From assembly GCA_903851365.1 (NCBI GenBank), contig CAINOB010000002.1:12051-76050 (forward strand): 64,000 nucleotides of DNA, given 5' to 3'. Both the position numbers and the translations under genes were made by a program. A model generated the notes under the pieces. It made no database searches and was not told where the DNA came from. It saw nothing but the letters and a program-made list of their open reading frames with translations. Source of the DNA: an uncultured Bacteroidota bacterium (GTDB lineage: Bacteria; Bacteroidota; Bacteroidia; Bacteroidales; UBA12481). Positions 49,008 through 59,300 of the stretch are shown here, piece after piece (position 1 is the stretch's first letter; the number at the start of each line of letters is the position of its first letter).

Positions 49008-50957
49008 TTATTCCGATTTAATAAACTTAATGAACTTTGAATAAACTCCATTGGTGAAATTCAGAAAATACAGACCATCTGAAAGAAACCTGATATCAAG
49101 CACTTCCCTGGTGTTGTACAATTTTACAGTCTGAATTATTTTCCCCGTTATATCCATTAATTGAAGTTTCGTATTGGTGTCGGGAACGGTCTGCAGTAAA
49201 ATGTTTAAGTAATGCGATGTCGGATTTGGATACACTTCAATTACCGGGGACTTGTTGAAGGCACTACGATCTGTAGAATTTACCTCCGATAATTCCTGAC
49301 GTATAACAATCGGAACATATCCAACTTCCAAACCTTCTGGTGGCGTGACTATCAGGGCGGGGTCAATATCCGCCAGTTTTCCAATCGTGGGTGGAGGCAG
49401 GTATTCACGATCCTTGGTCCAGTTCCGGTGCAGCAATTCCACCCTCCTTTGCATTTCTTCACGCTCCTCCTTGCTCAGGTCGGCATTGAGCAATGCAGGC
49501 TGGTCGGCAAACCGATACCAGAAGTAGGTTACCGTACTGCCATCCCCCAGATTCGCCTCAAACGGTCCGGCTACCGGACCCGGGGTATTCCAGCAACTTT
49601 CTCTGTTTGCCGGAGTAATGTACGCCACAGGGGTTCTTGCGGCAGTATTGCTAAAACTAACATTCTGGAGTCCGGTTTCTGCCGGCACCTCTCCGGGTGC
49701 CACTGCAATCCACTCACCAATGGAGTCATTCCCGGTTTTTACCAGTTTATAATATTCGGGAAGAGTCACCACACTACCGTTGCCTGTTTCTCTCCGTGTG
49801 ATAAGGTCACCTTCCCAACGAACCCTCAAAGTTGAATTATCGGTGACATTTGCATTCATATAAGAAGTAATATTCAGATAAGCACGTTTATCCGCAGGGA
49901 TATCATCAGCATACAAACTCCAGTTTGACCATACTCCTTTATTGAATTTCTGATTATAAGCCCCGGTGAGATCAATGGATCCATCAGCCGGTGCACCTCC
50001 CTTAAACCAGGCATCGACCTTGTCCCACAGCGCCTTCTTTTTATAGACCATCAGGCGGTGCAACAGATCCGAATTTCCATCGGAATCCACAGGATACTGT
50101 GTCGGAGCGACACGTGCATAGGTCTGTCCCTTGGAATCAATAGCTTTAGCGGAACGGATATTTTGCGTTTCCATCTGAAATGCTTTGTTGGCTTGAGAGG
50201 GACGCTGATCAAGAAATAACCCGCCCACTCGTGGATCCTTTGCGGATGCCTCGGTCCAGAAGTAAGGGGTGAAGAATGCAACCGGGCCCTTGAAATTCCC
50301 GGTGTTAAGGAACAGCGTCCAGCATTGGTTTCCGGTAGGAACGGCAATACCTGCCGTAGTGGTTTTCGGCTCAGTAAGCGGCAAAGGCAGATAGCCACTG
50401 CCAAACAATTCACCGCAAGTGCCCTGCTTGAGGTTTAAGCCATCGGGAGGCCACAATATCCATGGACTCAGCTGAGCCACACCATATTTCCCATTTGGAT
50501 TGCTCCAGTCTCTGCCCTGTCCGGCACCAGGCCCGTTTGCCCATCCGACAAAGTTCAGCTGTACTCCACCCATAATAAATTTTGGTGTTTCTGTGGCATA
50601 TTCTGTATCGTTCCAGCAGCCAAGACCTCCTTCAATATCCGTATAAAAATCCGTCACCGGTAATGGGCCATCGTTTTGCGGAAACATCCAGGTACCAAAC
50701 AATCCCGATTGAAAGCTCTTGCCCGGATACTCCTTTACCAAAGGCCATGCTGCAGCATACATCGAGTAACCCGCATTGAATGTTGTGTTCACGCTCGCTA
50801 CCTGCGCAACCATATACCCGCCAATATGGGCATCGCGAATCGATACCACTCCGGAGGTTTTCTCCTGTGCCGTTACAAAGGGGGCTGTCAGAAGGCAAAG
50901 GATAATGGCGAATAAAGATTTCAGAATGTTTTTTTTCGTCATAGGGTTCAGGTTCAT
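49008..50957 (-). CDS. Uncharacterised secreted protein (family X) with T9SS C-terminal sorting domain
   Basis: Signal peptide present. The core is collinear with 47330..48973. The last 77 aa (49008..49241: IEVYPNPTSHYLNILL...GLYFLNF...KFIKSE) are a T9SS CTD. The start overlaps the upstream stop by 4 nt. Confidence 0.7.
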   Translation of the reverse strand: MNLNPMTKKNILKSLFAIILCLLTAPFVTAQEKTSGVVSIRDAHIGGYMVAQVASVNTTFNAGYSMYAAAWPLVKEYPGKSFQSGLFGTWMFPQNDGPLPVTDFYTDIEGGLGCWNDTEYATETPKFIMGGVQLNFVGWANGPGAGQGRDWSNPNGKYGVAQLSPWILWPPDGLNLKQGTCGELFGSGYLPLPLTEPKTTTAGIAVPTGNQCWTLFLNTGNFKGPVAFFTPYFWTEASAKDPRVGGLFLDQRPSQANKAFQMETQNIRSAKAIDSKGQTYARVAPTQYPVDSDGNSDLLHRLMVYKKKALWDKVDAWFKGGAPADGSIDLTGAYNQKFNKGVWSNWSLYADDIPADKRAYLNITSYMNANVTDNSTLRVRWEGDLITRRETGNGSVVTLPEYYKLVKTGNDSIGEWIAVAPGEVPAETGLQNVSFSNTAARTPVAYITPANRESCWNTPGPVAGPFEANLGDGSTVTYFWYRFADQPALLNADLSKEEREEMQRRVELLHRNWTKDREYLPPPTIGKLADIDPALIVTPPEGLEVGYVPIVIRQELSEVNSTDRSAFNKSPVIEVYPNPTSHYLNILLQTVPDTNTKLQLMDITGKIIQTVKLYNTREVLDIRFLSDGLYFLNFTNGVYSKFIKFIKSE

Positions 50958-52981
50958 TTTCTTATGGTAATTTTTACCGGAACCTCTTCATTTAACGAAA
51001 CATACAAAATCAGGTCGTCTCCATCAAGCTGATGGTTAATGCCCACTTTACTATTACTGTTTTCTTTTCCGTTTACCAGGATTTTAGCTCCCTCAGAATT
51101 CCAGTTTTTTACCCTGATGGCCGGATTAATGACCGGTGAATCCTTGCTTCCCTTAAGCGTTAACTCAAGGGTACCGCCTTTGGAATTATTGCTTTCCAGC
51201 TGGTAACATCTCTGGGTTTTATCATATCCATTTGAAATATATCCATCAGCGGTCATGGAGAGTTCAGGGGCATAGGCCCACGACCGGCCGAAACTGACCA
51301 GATCATGGATGTTCAATCCATTCATTCCATACAGTCCCATCCAATACATGCGATTTCCGCTCTCATGAATTACAGGATCAGAGCATGGCGAACTGCTAAT
51401 ATGGGCAGGGCGATCCAGTGTTTTGGCCCATCGTCCGTCGCTACGGGCCTGGTTTACGGGATAATGGTTGTATCCAACATCAATCCATCTCACCCACATA
51501 TCGTTACCTGGTTCAAAACAGATGAAAGGTTTGTTTTGCGACTTGAAATTGAATTGCTGAACGGTATATTTTCCTGGCCAGTCGGCAGGCTGCTTTTTAA
51601 GGTCTACTGATACAGTTCTTGTATTGTAATTGTAATCTGCTACCGACACATAATTGTTTTCAAGGAGGTCTTCGTTACGCTGCCCGGGTTGTGTGAAGGG
51701 CAATGATTCCTGATATTGTATGGCGTCGCCTGTAGTCCCTTTATTCCAGGAAACTTTCCGGATAGCTGATCCATCGGGATAAATGTAGTAGTATTCATCC
51801 ACCCAACATTCCCATCCGGTTTTGGGATCGGGCATCCAGGTGTGATCGTGGGAACTGACCAAAGCATAACGCCAGTGGACCACCGCTCTGGCAGCAGTGT
51901 TTTCAATGATTCTGACATGTGAGAAGCGGCAATGGCGATCCTGCATATGTTCGAAACAACCCTCTATATCATCTTTTCCGTTGCCCCAGGTTTCCAGGCT
52001 TTGATCAGCCATCCAGTTTTCATTTTCAGACACCCAGGCTGGACCATAACGGGAACCCCTCCAGAATATCATCTTAGAAGGATTATTGTCGAAGCAAACC
52101 ACGATATCAGGATCCTGGTCCACAGGCCATAGATTATCCCATCCGGGGTAGTAATTCAGCTTGGTATAATAAGCACCAAAATGACCCGGATTCTTTTCAA
52201 TTGTTGGCAGCCTGCGCGGTTGAATATCCGGCACTGATGGTTTGACTTTTAAATAATCGCCTTTGATCTGGTCAACAGTCAGGGCAGTATCAAACACCTT
52301 TACTTCATCAATAATTCCATCCAATCCGAAGTAAGCTTCAACGGTTCCCCAGGTCCGGATTGTATTGCTTGGCCTACCGGGCACAGTCACCATTCCGAGA
52401 ATGCAGCTGTTTTTTGAAGGGTAGGTCAGTGAGCCTTTGATCGGCACCGAGGCGGCCAGTTCACCGTTTACATAGAGCACCATTTCCTTTTGTGCTGTAT
52501 ATACCCCTGCAATATGCATCCATTTCCGGAGCGGCATGGTTTCGTTGACACTGGTACAGGCTATCCACTGTTCACCGATGGCTGTTTCCAGGGAGACCTG
52601 TCCGTAAGGGCCGATGAGGAGGCGGTATCCCTTTACCTCATCAGATTCCGTGGTGATTACGGGGCACCAGTTCTCGGGATATTCGCCCAAAGCTACCCAG
52701 GCTTCGATAGTAAAAGACGTCCCTGGTTTCTTAATATCATTCCCGGTTCGGATCACCCTGGTAGTAAATCCATCCAGGCGCAAGCCTTTTCCGGCTACAC
52801 CAGCCACCGATTCAAAATTACCTTCAATGGTATCTGCGATTTTGGTGGATTCTTCAATCACAGTCCGTTTAATGATCGTTTCAAAATTCCAGGTCATGAC
52901 GGGGGTCTGAGCCATTGCCGTCTGTTGTGCAGCCAGCGAGGTCAATAACAGGGTGAGGATGAGGTTACCGATATATTTCAT
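50954..52981 (-). CDS. Secreted LamG/concanavalin-A-like jellyroll domain protein with ~440-aa unrecognised C-terminal region
   Basis: Signal peptide MKYIGNLILTLLLTSLAAQQTAMAQ. Residues ~40-240 (KGLRLDG..., WVALGEYP..., WMHIAGVY..., MVLYVNGELAA) fit LamG-type lectin folds. I do not recognise the remainder (Trp/Tyr-rich, HMQDRHCRF, WECWVDEYYYIYPDG). Confidence 0.6.
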   Translation of the reverse strand: MKYIGNLILTLLLTSLAAQQTAMAQTPVMTWNFETIIKRTVIEESTKIADTIEGNFESVAGVAGKGLRLDGFTTRVIRTGNDIKKPGTSFTIEAWVALGEYPENWCPVITTESDEVKGYRLLIGPYGQVSLETAIGEQWIACTSVNETMPLRKWMHIAGVYTAQKEMVLYVNGELAASVPIKGSLTYPSKNSCILGMVTVPGRPSNTIRTWGTVEAYFGLDGIIDEVKVFDTALTVDQIKGDYLKVKPSVPDIQPRRLPTIEKNPGHFGAYYTKLNYYPGWDNLWPVDQDPDIVVCFDNNPSKMIFWRGSRYGPAWVSENENWMADQSLETWGNGKDDIEGCFEHMQDRHCRFSHVRIIENTAARAVVHWRYALVSSHDHTWMPDPKTGWECWVDEYYYIYPDGSAIRKVSWNKGTTGDAIQYQESLPFTQPGQRNEDLLENNYVSVADYNYNTRTVSVDLKKQPADWPGKYTVQQFNFKSQNKPFICFEPGNDMWVRWIDVGYNHYPVNQARSDGRWAKTLDRPAHISSSPCSDPVIHESGNRMYWMGLYGMNGLNIHDLVSFGRSWAYAPELSMTADGYISNGYDKTQRCYQLESNNSKGGTLELTLKGSKDSPVINPAIRVKNWNSEGAKILVNGKENSNSKVGINHQLDGDDLILYVSLNEEVPVKITIRK

Positions 52982-53152
52982 AATTGGTTGATTACCGTGC
53001 TAAAGGTAGCAGGCAAATTGGAAATAGATGTGTATCTGATTGTCAGGACCAGGCACTAACTTGGCAGGTCTATTTGTCAAGACCCGCTTAGGCTGCATGT
53101 TTTTGTATATCCGGTCTTTAGTTATATTTAATACTTGAATCAGACAGATAAA

Positions 53153-55656
53153 ATGAACCACCGAATCTCCAAATGGTACTACTTCACGCTTCTTATAATC
53201 GCTGTTTTTTTTGTTACATGCAGTGTTGAGGAATATTCAGATATTACTATTTATGGGGCAAAATTGAACGCTAAGGCCGATCCGATCGGGGTTGATACGG
53301 AGAAGCCGGTTTTTTCCTGGAAGCTGAAGTCTGATAAACGAAATCGTTGGCAGTCAGCTTATCAGATAATTGTATTGGATGCAAATACCAGGGATACGTG
53401 CTGGAATTCAGGCGAAATCCATTCAGATAACAACATCATGGTACCATATGCCGGTACCCCGTTAAAGGGGGTCAGCCGGTACCTGTGGAAGGTCAGGATC
53501 CGGGACCAGAGAGGGAAAGTCAGCCGCTGGTCGGGAGAAAACCATTTTGCTACGGGCTTGATGGAGGAAACTGACTGGAAGGGGGTTTGGATCAGTTCCC
53601 GGGATCCTGCATATTCTCCGTTTTTTACCAAGGAAATAAACATGGAGAAGGTTCCAGATGAGGCGACCGTTTTTGTGAATTGCCAGGGATATTTTGAGTT
53701 ATACATCAATGGAGAGAAAATCGGGAAGGATCTCCTTTCGCCTGCAGTCGCATCTGATTTCCGGAACTAGCTCGGTCATCGTTCTTACAGATACTACCTG
53801 GCAAACCGGCAACAGTAATATCAGCCAGATAGGAAGCTGGCGTTGGAATCAGATGGGCGGAGAACTGATCGATGACCGGATTCCTATGCATGAATGGTAT
53901 AATCCGAATTCCGGCAGGGATCTTAAAAACGCCATTCGGATTACAAAACCGCCGGCATCTACCCGGTCGCAGGTTTGCGGAACCAATATCATTTCCGACT
54001 CTATTCAGGTAAAAACCATCACAGCAATCAGCGACAATACCTGGCTGATCGATTTTGGCGAGAATTTCACCGGCTGGATGAGGATGAAAATCAGCAACCA
54101 GGCAGCGGGAGATACGATCGATTTTATCTATTCGGATTTTTGCAATAAAAAACCGAATAAAAAATCAAGATATAACTGGGATTTCGGGAATGCATCCATT
54201 GATCAGCGTGACGCTTACGTTTGTTCTGATTCTAAAAGCGGAGTGTTCTGTCCGAAATTCAATTATCATGCTTTCCGGTATGTGATCGTCCAGGGATTGA
54301 AAAGAGAGCCCCGGGCCGGTGACATTTCCGGGTATATGATTGAACCGGATCTGGACAAATCGGGTTTCTTTACGTGTTCCGACCCCGACCTGAATGCCAT
54401 TTTTGAACTCAACAGATATACCTTTCGTTGACTGTCAGCTGGCGGATATTATGTGGATTGCCCCCACCGTGAGCGCCTGGGGTACGGCGACGGACAGGTG
54501 GCAGTTGAAACAGGCATTTACAATTTTAACCTGCTGAATTTCTATAAAAAATGGGCCGGAAACTGGAGATCCGCGCAGGACACTACCGGTGAATTTCCCA
54601 ATACCGCCCCATCGCCCTACAGTGCTGGCGGAGGGCCCGGCTGGGGTGGCACTGGCGTTGTCCTTCCCTGGAAGATATTCAGATATTATGGAGATACGGC
54701 CTTTTTGCGCTCCTCCTATCCGTCCATGGCAAGGTATATCGGCTTTCTGGAAATGAAAAGTAAAGATGGCGTTCTGCAATATTATGGAGATGAAACCTGG
54801 GGATTCATCGGGGATTGGGTCCCTCCCGGCAGGGGAATGGATTCGAACGACAAGGTGGGTAAGACCGAAAAGGAACTGTTCAACAATTGCTACAAGGTAT
54901 ATCTGTATAAGATTCTGGGCGAATGTGCCGGGGTTCTGGGTATGGCCGCCGACAGCATTAAATATGAAGACCTGGCTGAAACGCTTAAGGGAAAAATCAA
55001 CTCGGGTTATTTCGATGCTGCCAAAGGTACCTATGCCAACGGGGAACAGCCCTATCTGACGTTTCCCCTGTTGATGGATATACCCGGGGGAAAATGACAG
55101 AGACCATGTTCTGGCTAACCTGGAGAATGAAATACGGGTCACCAACACCGGGCACCTGAATACGGGCATGCTGGGGACTTATTTCATGCTGCAATATCTG
55201 GCCGGAGCGGGTCGTTCCGACCTGGTTTACCTGATGATGAAACAAAAAACGTATCCGGGCTGGGGGTATATGATTGCCAGTGGAGCAAATACCTGCTGGG
55301 AACAATGGATTGGATACTGGTCAAACATTCATTCAGTGGCATTCCGGCATTTGCTTATTTCTCCGCAGCTCACTGACCTGATTGATGCCCAGAGAACCGA
55401 ATTTGATTCCCCGAATGGGAAATTGGTCGTTGCCTGGAATCATCAAAAAGGCGGAGGCCTCGAAATGGAGATCGGGATTCCGGTAAACACAAAGGTTGAC
55501 ATTATTTTACCTGTTTCCGCAGACGAAACGGTTTGGGAATCTGATCAACCAGTGACCGGAAATGGCGAAATCAGCATCATTTCAAGTCAACCCGGCAAGT
55601 TGGGATTGCGCCTTGCATCAGGTAGTTACTTGTTTAAAATCAGGAAAACAAGATAA
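53153..55656 (+). pseudogene. Decayed GH78 alpha-L-rhamnosidase gene (frameshifts, internal deletion, in-frame stop)
   Basis: Four consecutive track ORFs (53135.., 53694.., 54453.., 55168..) carry GH78 pieces in order. These are the N-domain KADPIGVDTEKPVFSWKL...SAYQIIV, YFELYINGEKIG, the catalytic-domain MDCPHRERLGYGDGQ and the C-terminal CWEQW. The frame changes near 53700-53770 and 55097-55168. There is an in-frame TGA at 54429-54431, and roughly 80 aa expected after LSPAV appear to be missing. Confidence 0.8.
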
Positions 55657-55733
55657 GACTGATCCTTTTGAGGTATTTGGCGGCTTGAAAATTTAAGCTT
55701 CGAAATTCTGAACATAACATCACCAAAACTGTT

Positions 55734-56354
55734 ATGTTAGAAAAACTGAAAAGCATGAAAGCAATTATCATATTGATTATTGTTACCATTTCAACAATCG
55801 TTTTATTTCAATCTTTTATTATCATGCCAAGGAACAAAACGGAGGAACAAAAATATTCTCTCGTTCGTAAGTACAAGGATTTTGAAATCAGATATTATCC
55901 TTCCGCCACTATCGCAACAATTAATTCGAATGCAAAAACTTACAGGGATCTTAGTGGCCCCGGATTTCAGAAACTTGCAGGCTATATTTTTGGTGGCAAT
56001 GAGGCCAATACAAAAATTTCAATGACCGCACCTGTTCGAATGGATATCAATGATTCTGTTTCCACGATGAGTTTTGTAATGCCGTCTGCCTATAAAAAAG
56101 AAAACCTGCCAAAGCCTAATGACCCCGCTATCGATATTCATAACACAGATAATGAATATGTTGCATCAATTCGATTTGGTGGATATGCTTCGGATGAAGA
56201 CCTGAAATTCTATTCTGACAAACTTCAAAATCTTTTGAAAGAAAATGGGATCACCTCTTTCGGAAATTATAGATTTTTGGGGTACAATCCCCCATTCCAA
56301 CCTATTGGCAGAAGAAATGAAATTATTGTTTCAGTCGGATGGGATGGTAAATGA
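55734..56354 (+). CDS. SOUL heme-binding family protein, membrane-anchored or secreted
   Basis: N-terminal hydrophobic segment, then EEQKYSLVRKYKDFEIRYYPSATIATI...GFQKLAGYIFGGNEANTKISMTAPV, which is typical of the SOUL/HBP family. Confidence 0.7.
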   Translation: MLEKLKSMKAIIILIIVTISTIVLFQSFIIMPRNKTEEQKYSLVRKYKDFEIRYYPSATIATINSNAKTYRDLSGPGFQKLAGYIFGGNEANTKISMTAPVRMDINDSVSTMSFVMPSAYKKENLPKPNDPAIDIHNTDNEYVASIRFGGYASDEDLKFYSDKLQNLLKENGITSFGNYRFLGYNPPFQPIGRRNEIIVSVGWDGK

Positions 56355-56376
56355 TTCCCTTTAAATGAGGTTTCGG

Positions 56377-59300
56377 TCAGAGTTTTCTTATCCAGATATT
56401 CCTGTAGCTGACTGCACTATTATGATCCTGCAGCATTAAGGGCAGTTCAGTTTCTGAAAGACTAAATTCCCGATTACTTGAAGTCGTAGGCTCTTTTACC
56501 TCAACATGGTTTTGCACCAATACTCCGTTATGGAACACTGTGAAGGAACCCGGTTCAATCAGTTCTTTATTTTCATTGAATTTCGGGGCCATGAATATTA
56601 TATCATAAACCTGCCATTGATCTGGTTCAAGTGAAGCATTAACGAGGGGTGGGAAATTACCGTAAAATGCTGCAGCCTGACCGGTAGGATATGTTTTATT
56701 ATGGTATGAATTCAAAACCTGAATTTCATATTTACTCATGAGGTATATGCCCGAATTGCTGCAACTCTGACCTGTTTTCCCTTTCAAAACATCTTCCATA
56801 GCTGCTTTCCACTCGACATGCAACTGACAATCGCGGAATTTCTGTTTTGTTATGATATCCTTGGTCCCGGGTTTTACCGTAAAACTATCACCTGAAGCAA
56901 TCCATTCTGGGGCACCACCCGTCTTTGCACTAACAAAATTGATAAGGGTATCCTTGTCAAACAAAATGATCGCATCTGAAGGTGGAGCTCCATTTTTGCC
57001 CGGAGTTACTATCGACGGCTCAATCAAGTCGGGATACCACTTGCTGATCAGAGTCTTTTCCTCTTTGTTTAACAGGTTGATATCAATAGGTTTATCCTGT
57101 TCGCGGATTCCTTTTTGGTTCAGGCGGTTCATCAAACTCCAGTTACGGCTGTGCTTACCAGGTTCAGGATCAGCAGGTTCCTGGGCTTTAAGATCATAAC
57201 GGGTAAAGTCGATTACCTTCCCGGGTGTATTATTTTGCCAATCCTGCAATATTGCAAGTCGGAAATCCTTATTCATAAACCATTGGATCTCCAGCTCAGG
57301 CTCTGATCCGCAAACTCCTGTGCCACGCTGGACGAATTGATAGTTGAGGTTATTATTATTCTTGTATTGCTCACGCCAGAGCATTCCAAATTCCCCCATT
57401 GTGATACATTGCGCATCAGGCCAGCGTCGTCTCATTTCACTGAACCAGATCAGCATGCCTTCCATGCCGTTCCGACCTTTATAGCCATAAATTTTGTGTG
57501 CTTCAACCAGACCTAATTCCCAGGTGCAGGTTACCCACGCAAAATTATTTATTTCGAAGCCCTTGTCGAAATGGGCCGCTGTAACGGCAAGCATTTCTTG
57601 AGTGCCCCTCTCGGTCCCCAATCTGATGACCGTTTCTATCGGACCAACGCCTTGCCGGCTGCCGCACCATTCGCCATCAATAGTTCTTCCGCCAGGGTAT
57701 CTTGCACTCAGGAAATCCATGGTCCAGCCATCCAGGTTAACGCAATCGATTAAGTCATCCTTACCCTGGGCAGGTTTTAAAAAATGTTCTTTTGATGGGT
57801 AATAAGGATAGGATATCGAGCCGTCGCCATCACCGTTGTCAATTGCATACTGACTCCAGATATTGCCCTGGCAAACATGAATCCCTTCCACATCGGCAAG
57901 ATATCTGAGATTTTCCGCGGATAGAAAACCTGCTATCACACTCAGGGGACGGTATCCACCTCCAACCATCTCCGAAACCATTTGTAACCCATCATGCAGG
58001 TCGCGGTTAACCTGTTCACGGGTATTATACATGTTGGCAAAATACCCGCCTGGTATAAATGTAATTTCATCGCCAAACTTTTCATGATAGGAAACTATCA
58101 GCTTCTTCAGATCACGATAGGCAGGGTGTTCATCCTTGAGCGCCAACCAGCTGAAGGCCCAGGTAATCCGGGCACCCGGCCAGCCTTTTTCCACGGTTTC
58201 CCTGAAAATACGAGCTCCCTCTGATGAGTGAATACTCGATTCATCTTCGCCAGCGGTTACCTCGCGTGAGGTTTCAATCTGGTTAACACGCACAACTGTA
58301 TTAAAAGTAAAATAGCGGTGCCCTAAAAATTGGTTTTCAGTTTCCTTCTCCATTCCGAGCATCGTTTCTGCAAAGGCCTTTCCAAGGCGAACAAAGGTTT
58401 TACCACTGCCCAGATAGTGGTATTCAGCGTTAGATGCGCCTCTTTTCCAGATCGCCTTTTCTTTTCTTGTTAGTCCATTCTTTGTAAAACCATACTTTTC
58501 GCGCTGCTTTCTGGCCTCTTCCTGTGTCATTTTGCCCTGCTTAACCTGCCATTTCCATTCGTTTGTCAGCCGTTGCTTCCAGTAAATATCGCTAAGCGCG
58601 AGTTCATAAAAGGGGCCACTATCGACCGCTTTCACATTTCCACGATAGGGTTCCGCTACCTTGCTATCATATTGCTCTACCGCAGCGAATTGTGTCTTGC
58701 GAAAATCAGAGACAGGCAGAGTTTTGTCGAATTTCCGACTATCCGGATCCGTACCATAGACACCCAGAATACCTACAATAAATGGCAGATGTGGCTTATC
58801 AAATTCTTTGCGCACATCGCTGATAAAATGGATCATATTCTCGGTATACTGATTGATATAGTATCGGTTACACATATCATTCCAGCCCTGAAACCAGACG
58901 AATCCTGCCAGTTCATAGCCCTGGGCCGGATCGTAGCCTGGAACGATTTTACTTATGCTCTTTGCGCTATTCAGTGTGGCCCTGATGTCGCGGATCATTT
59001 CGCGGTAATAATGTCCCACCGCCTCCTTTGAAGGAGCATTTCCCTGGGCCTTCTCTTTCGGACTGGGCTCATAAGGTCCGGCGCTGGGCGGGCGAAAGTC
59101 CACCGCCAGTGATTTTCCGCCCCAGGCGGTTTTGATAATCAGGACAGGCTCATCGTGCGCTTTATCCATATAGAGACCAAAAGCATATTCCGGCCCAATT
59201 TTCTCATGGTCAAAACCATAGCCCACCTTGACCTTACCCTGCAGAACGGTATCACGCTCATCTTGTTGAGTGAAGTAGGTTATCCAGGAATGGTCACAGA

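Noticed and set aside
9115-54431. In-frame TGA codons in two otherwise recognisable genes (9115-9117 and 54429-54431) raised the idea of TGA recoding or an alternative genetic code.
   Set aside because: TGA is the evident terminator of intact genes in the window, for example bcp at 8361-8363, the GH106-like gene at 26457-26459 and hipA. Both affected genes also show other damage (5' truncation; frameshifts and deletion). Ordinary pseudogenisation explains them.
54435-55169. 244-aa minus-strand ORF opposite the GH78 remnants.
   Set aside because: It is antisense to a segment with clear GH78 catalytic-domain similarity (DCPHRERLGYGDG). It has no recognisable motifs, signal or plausible start context.
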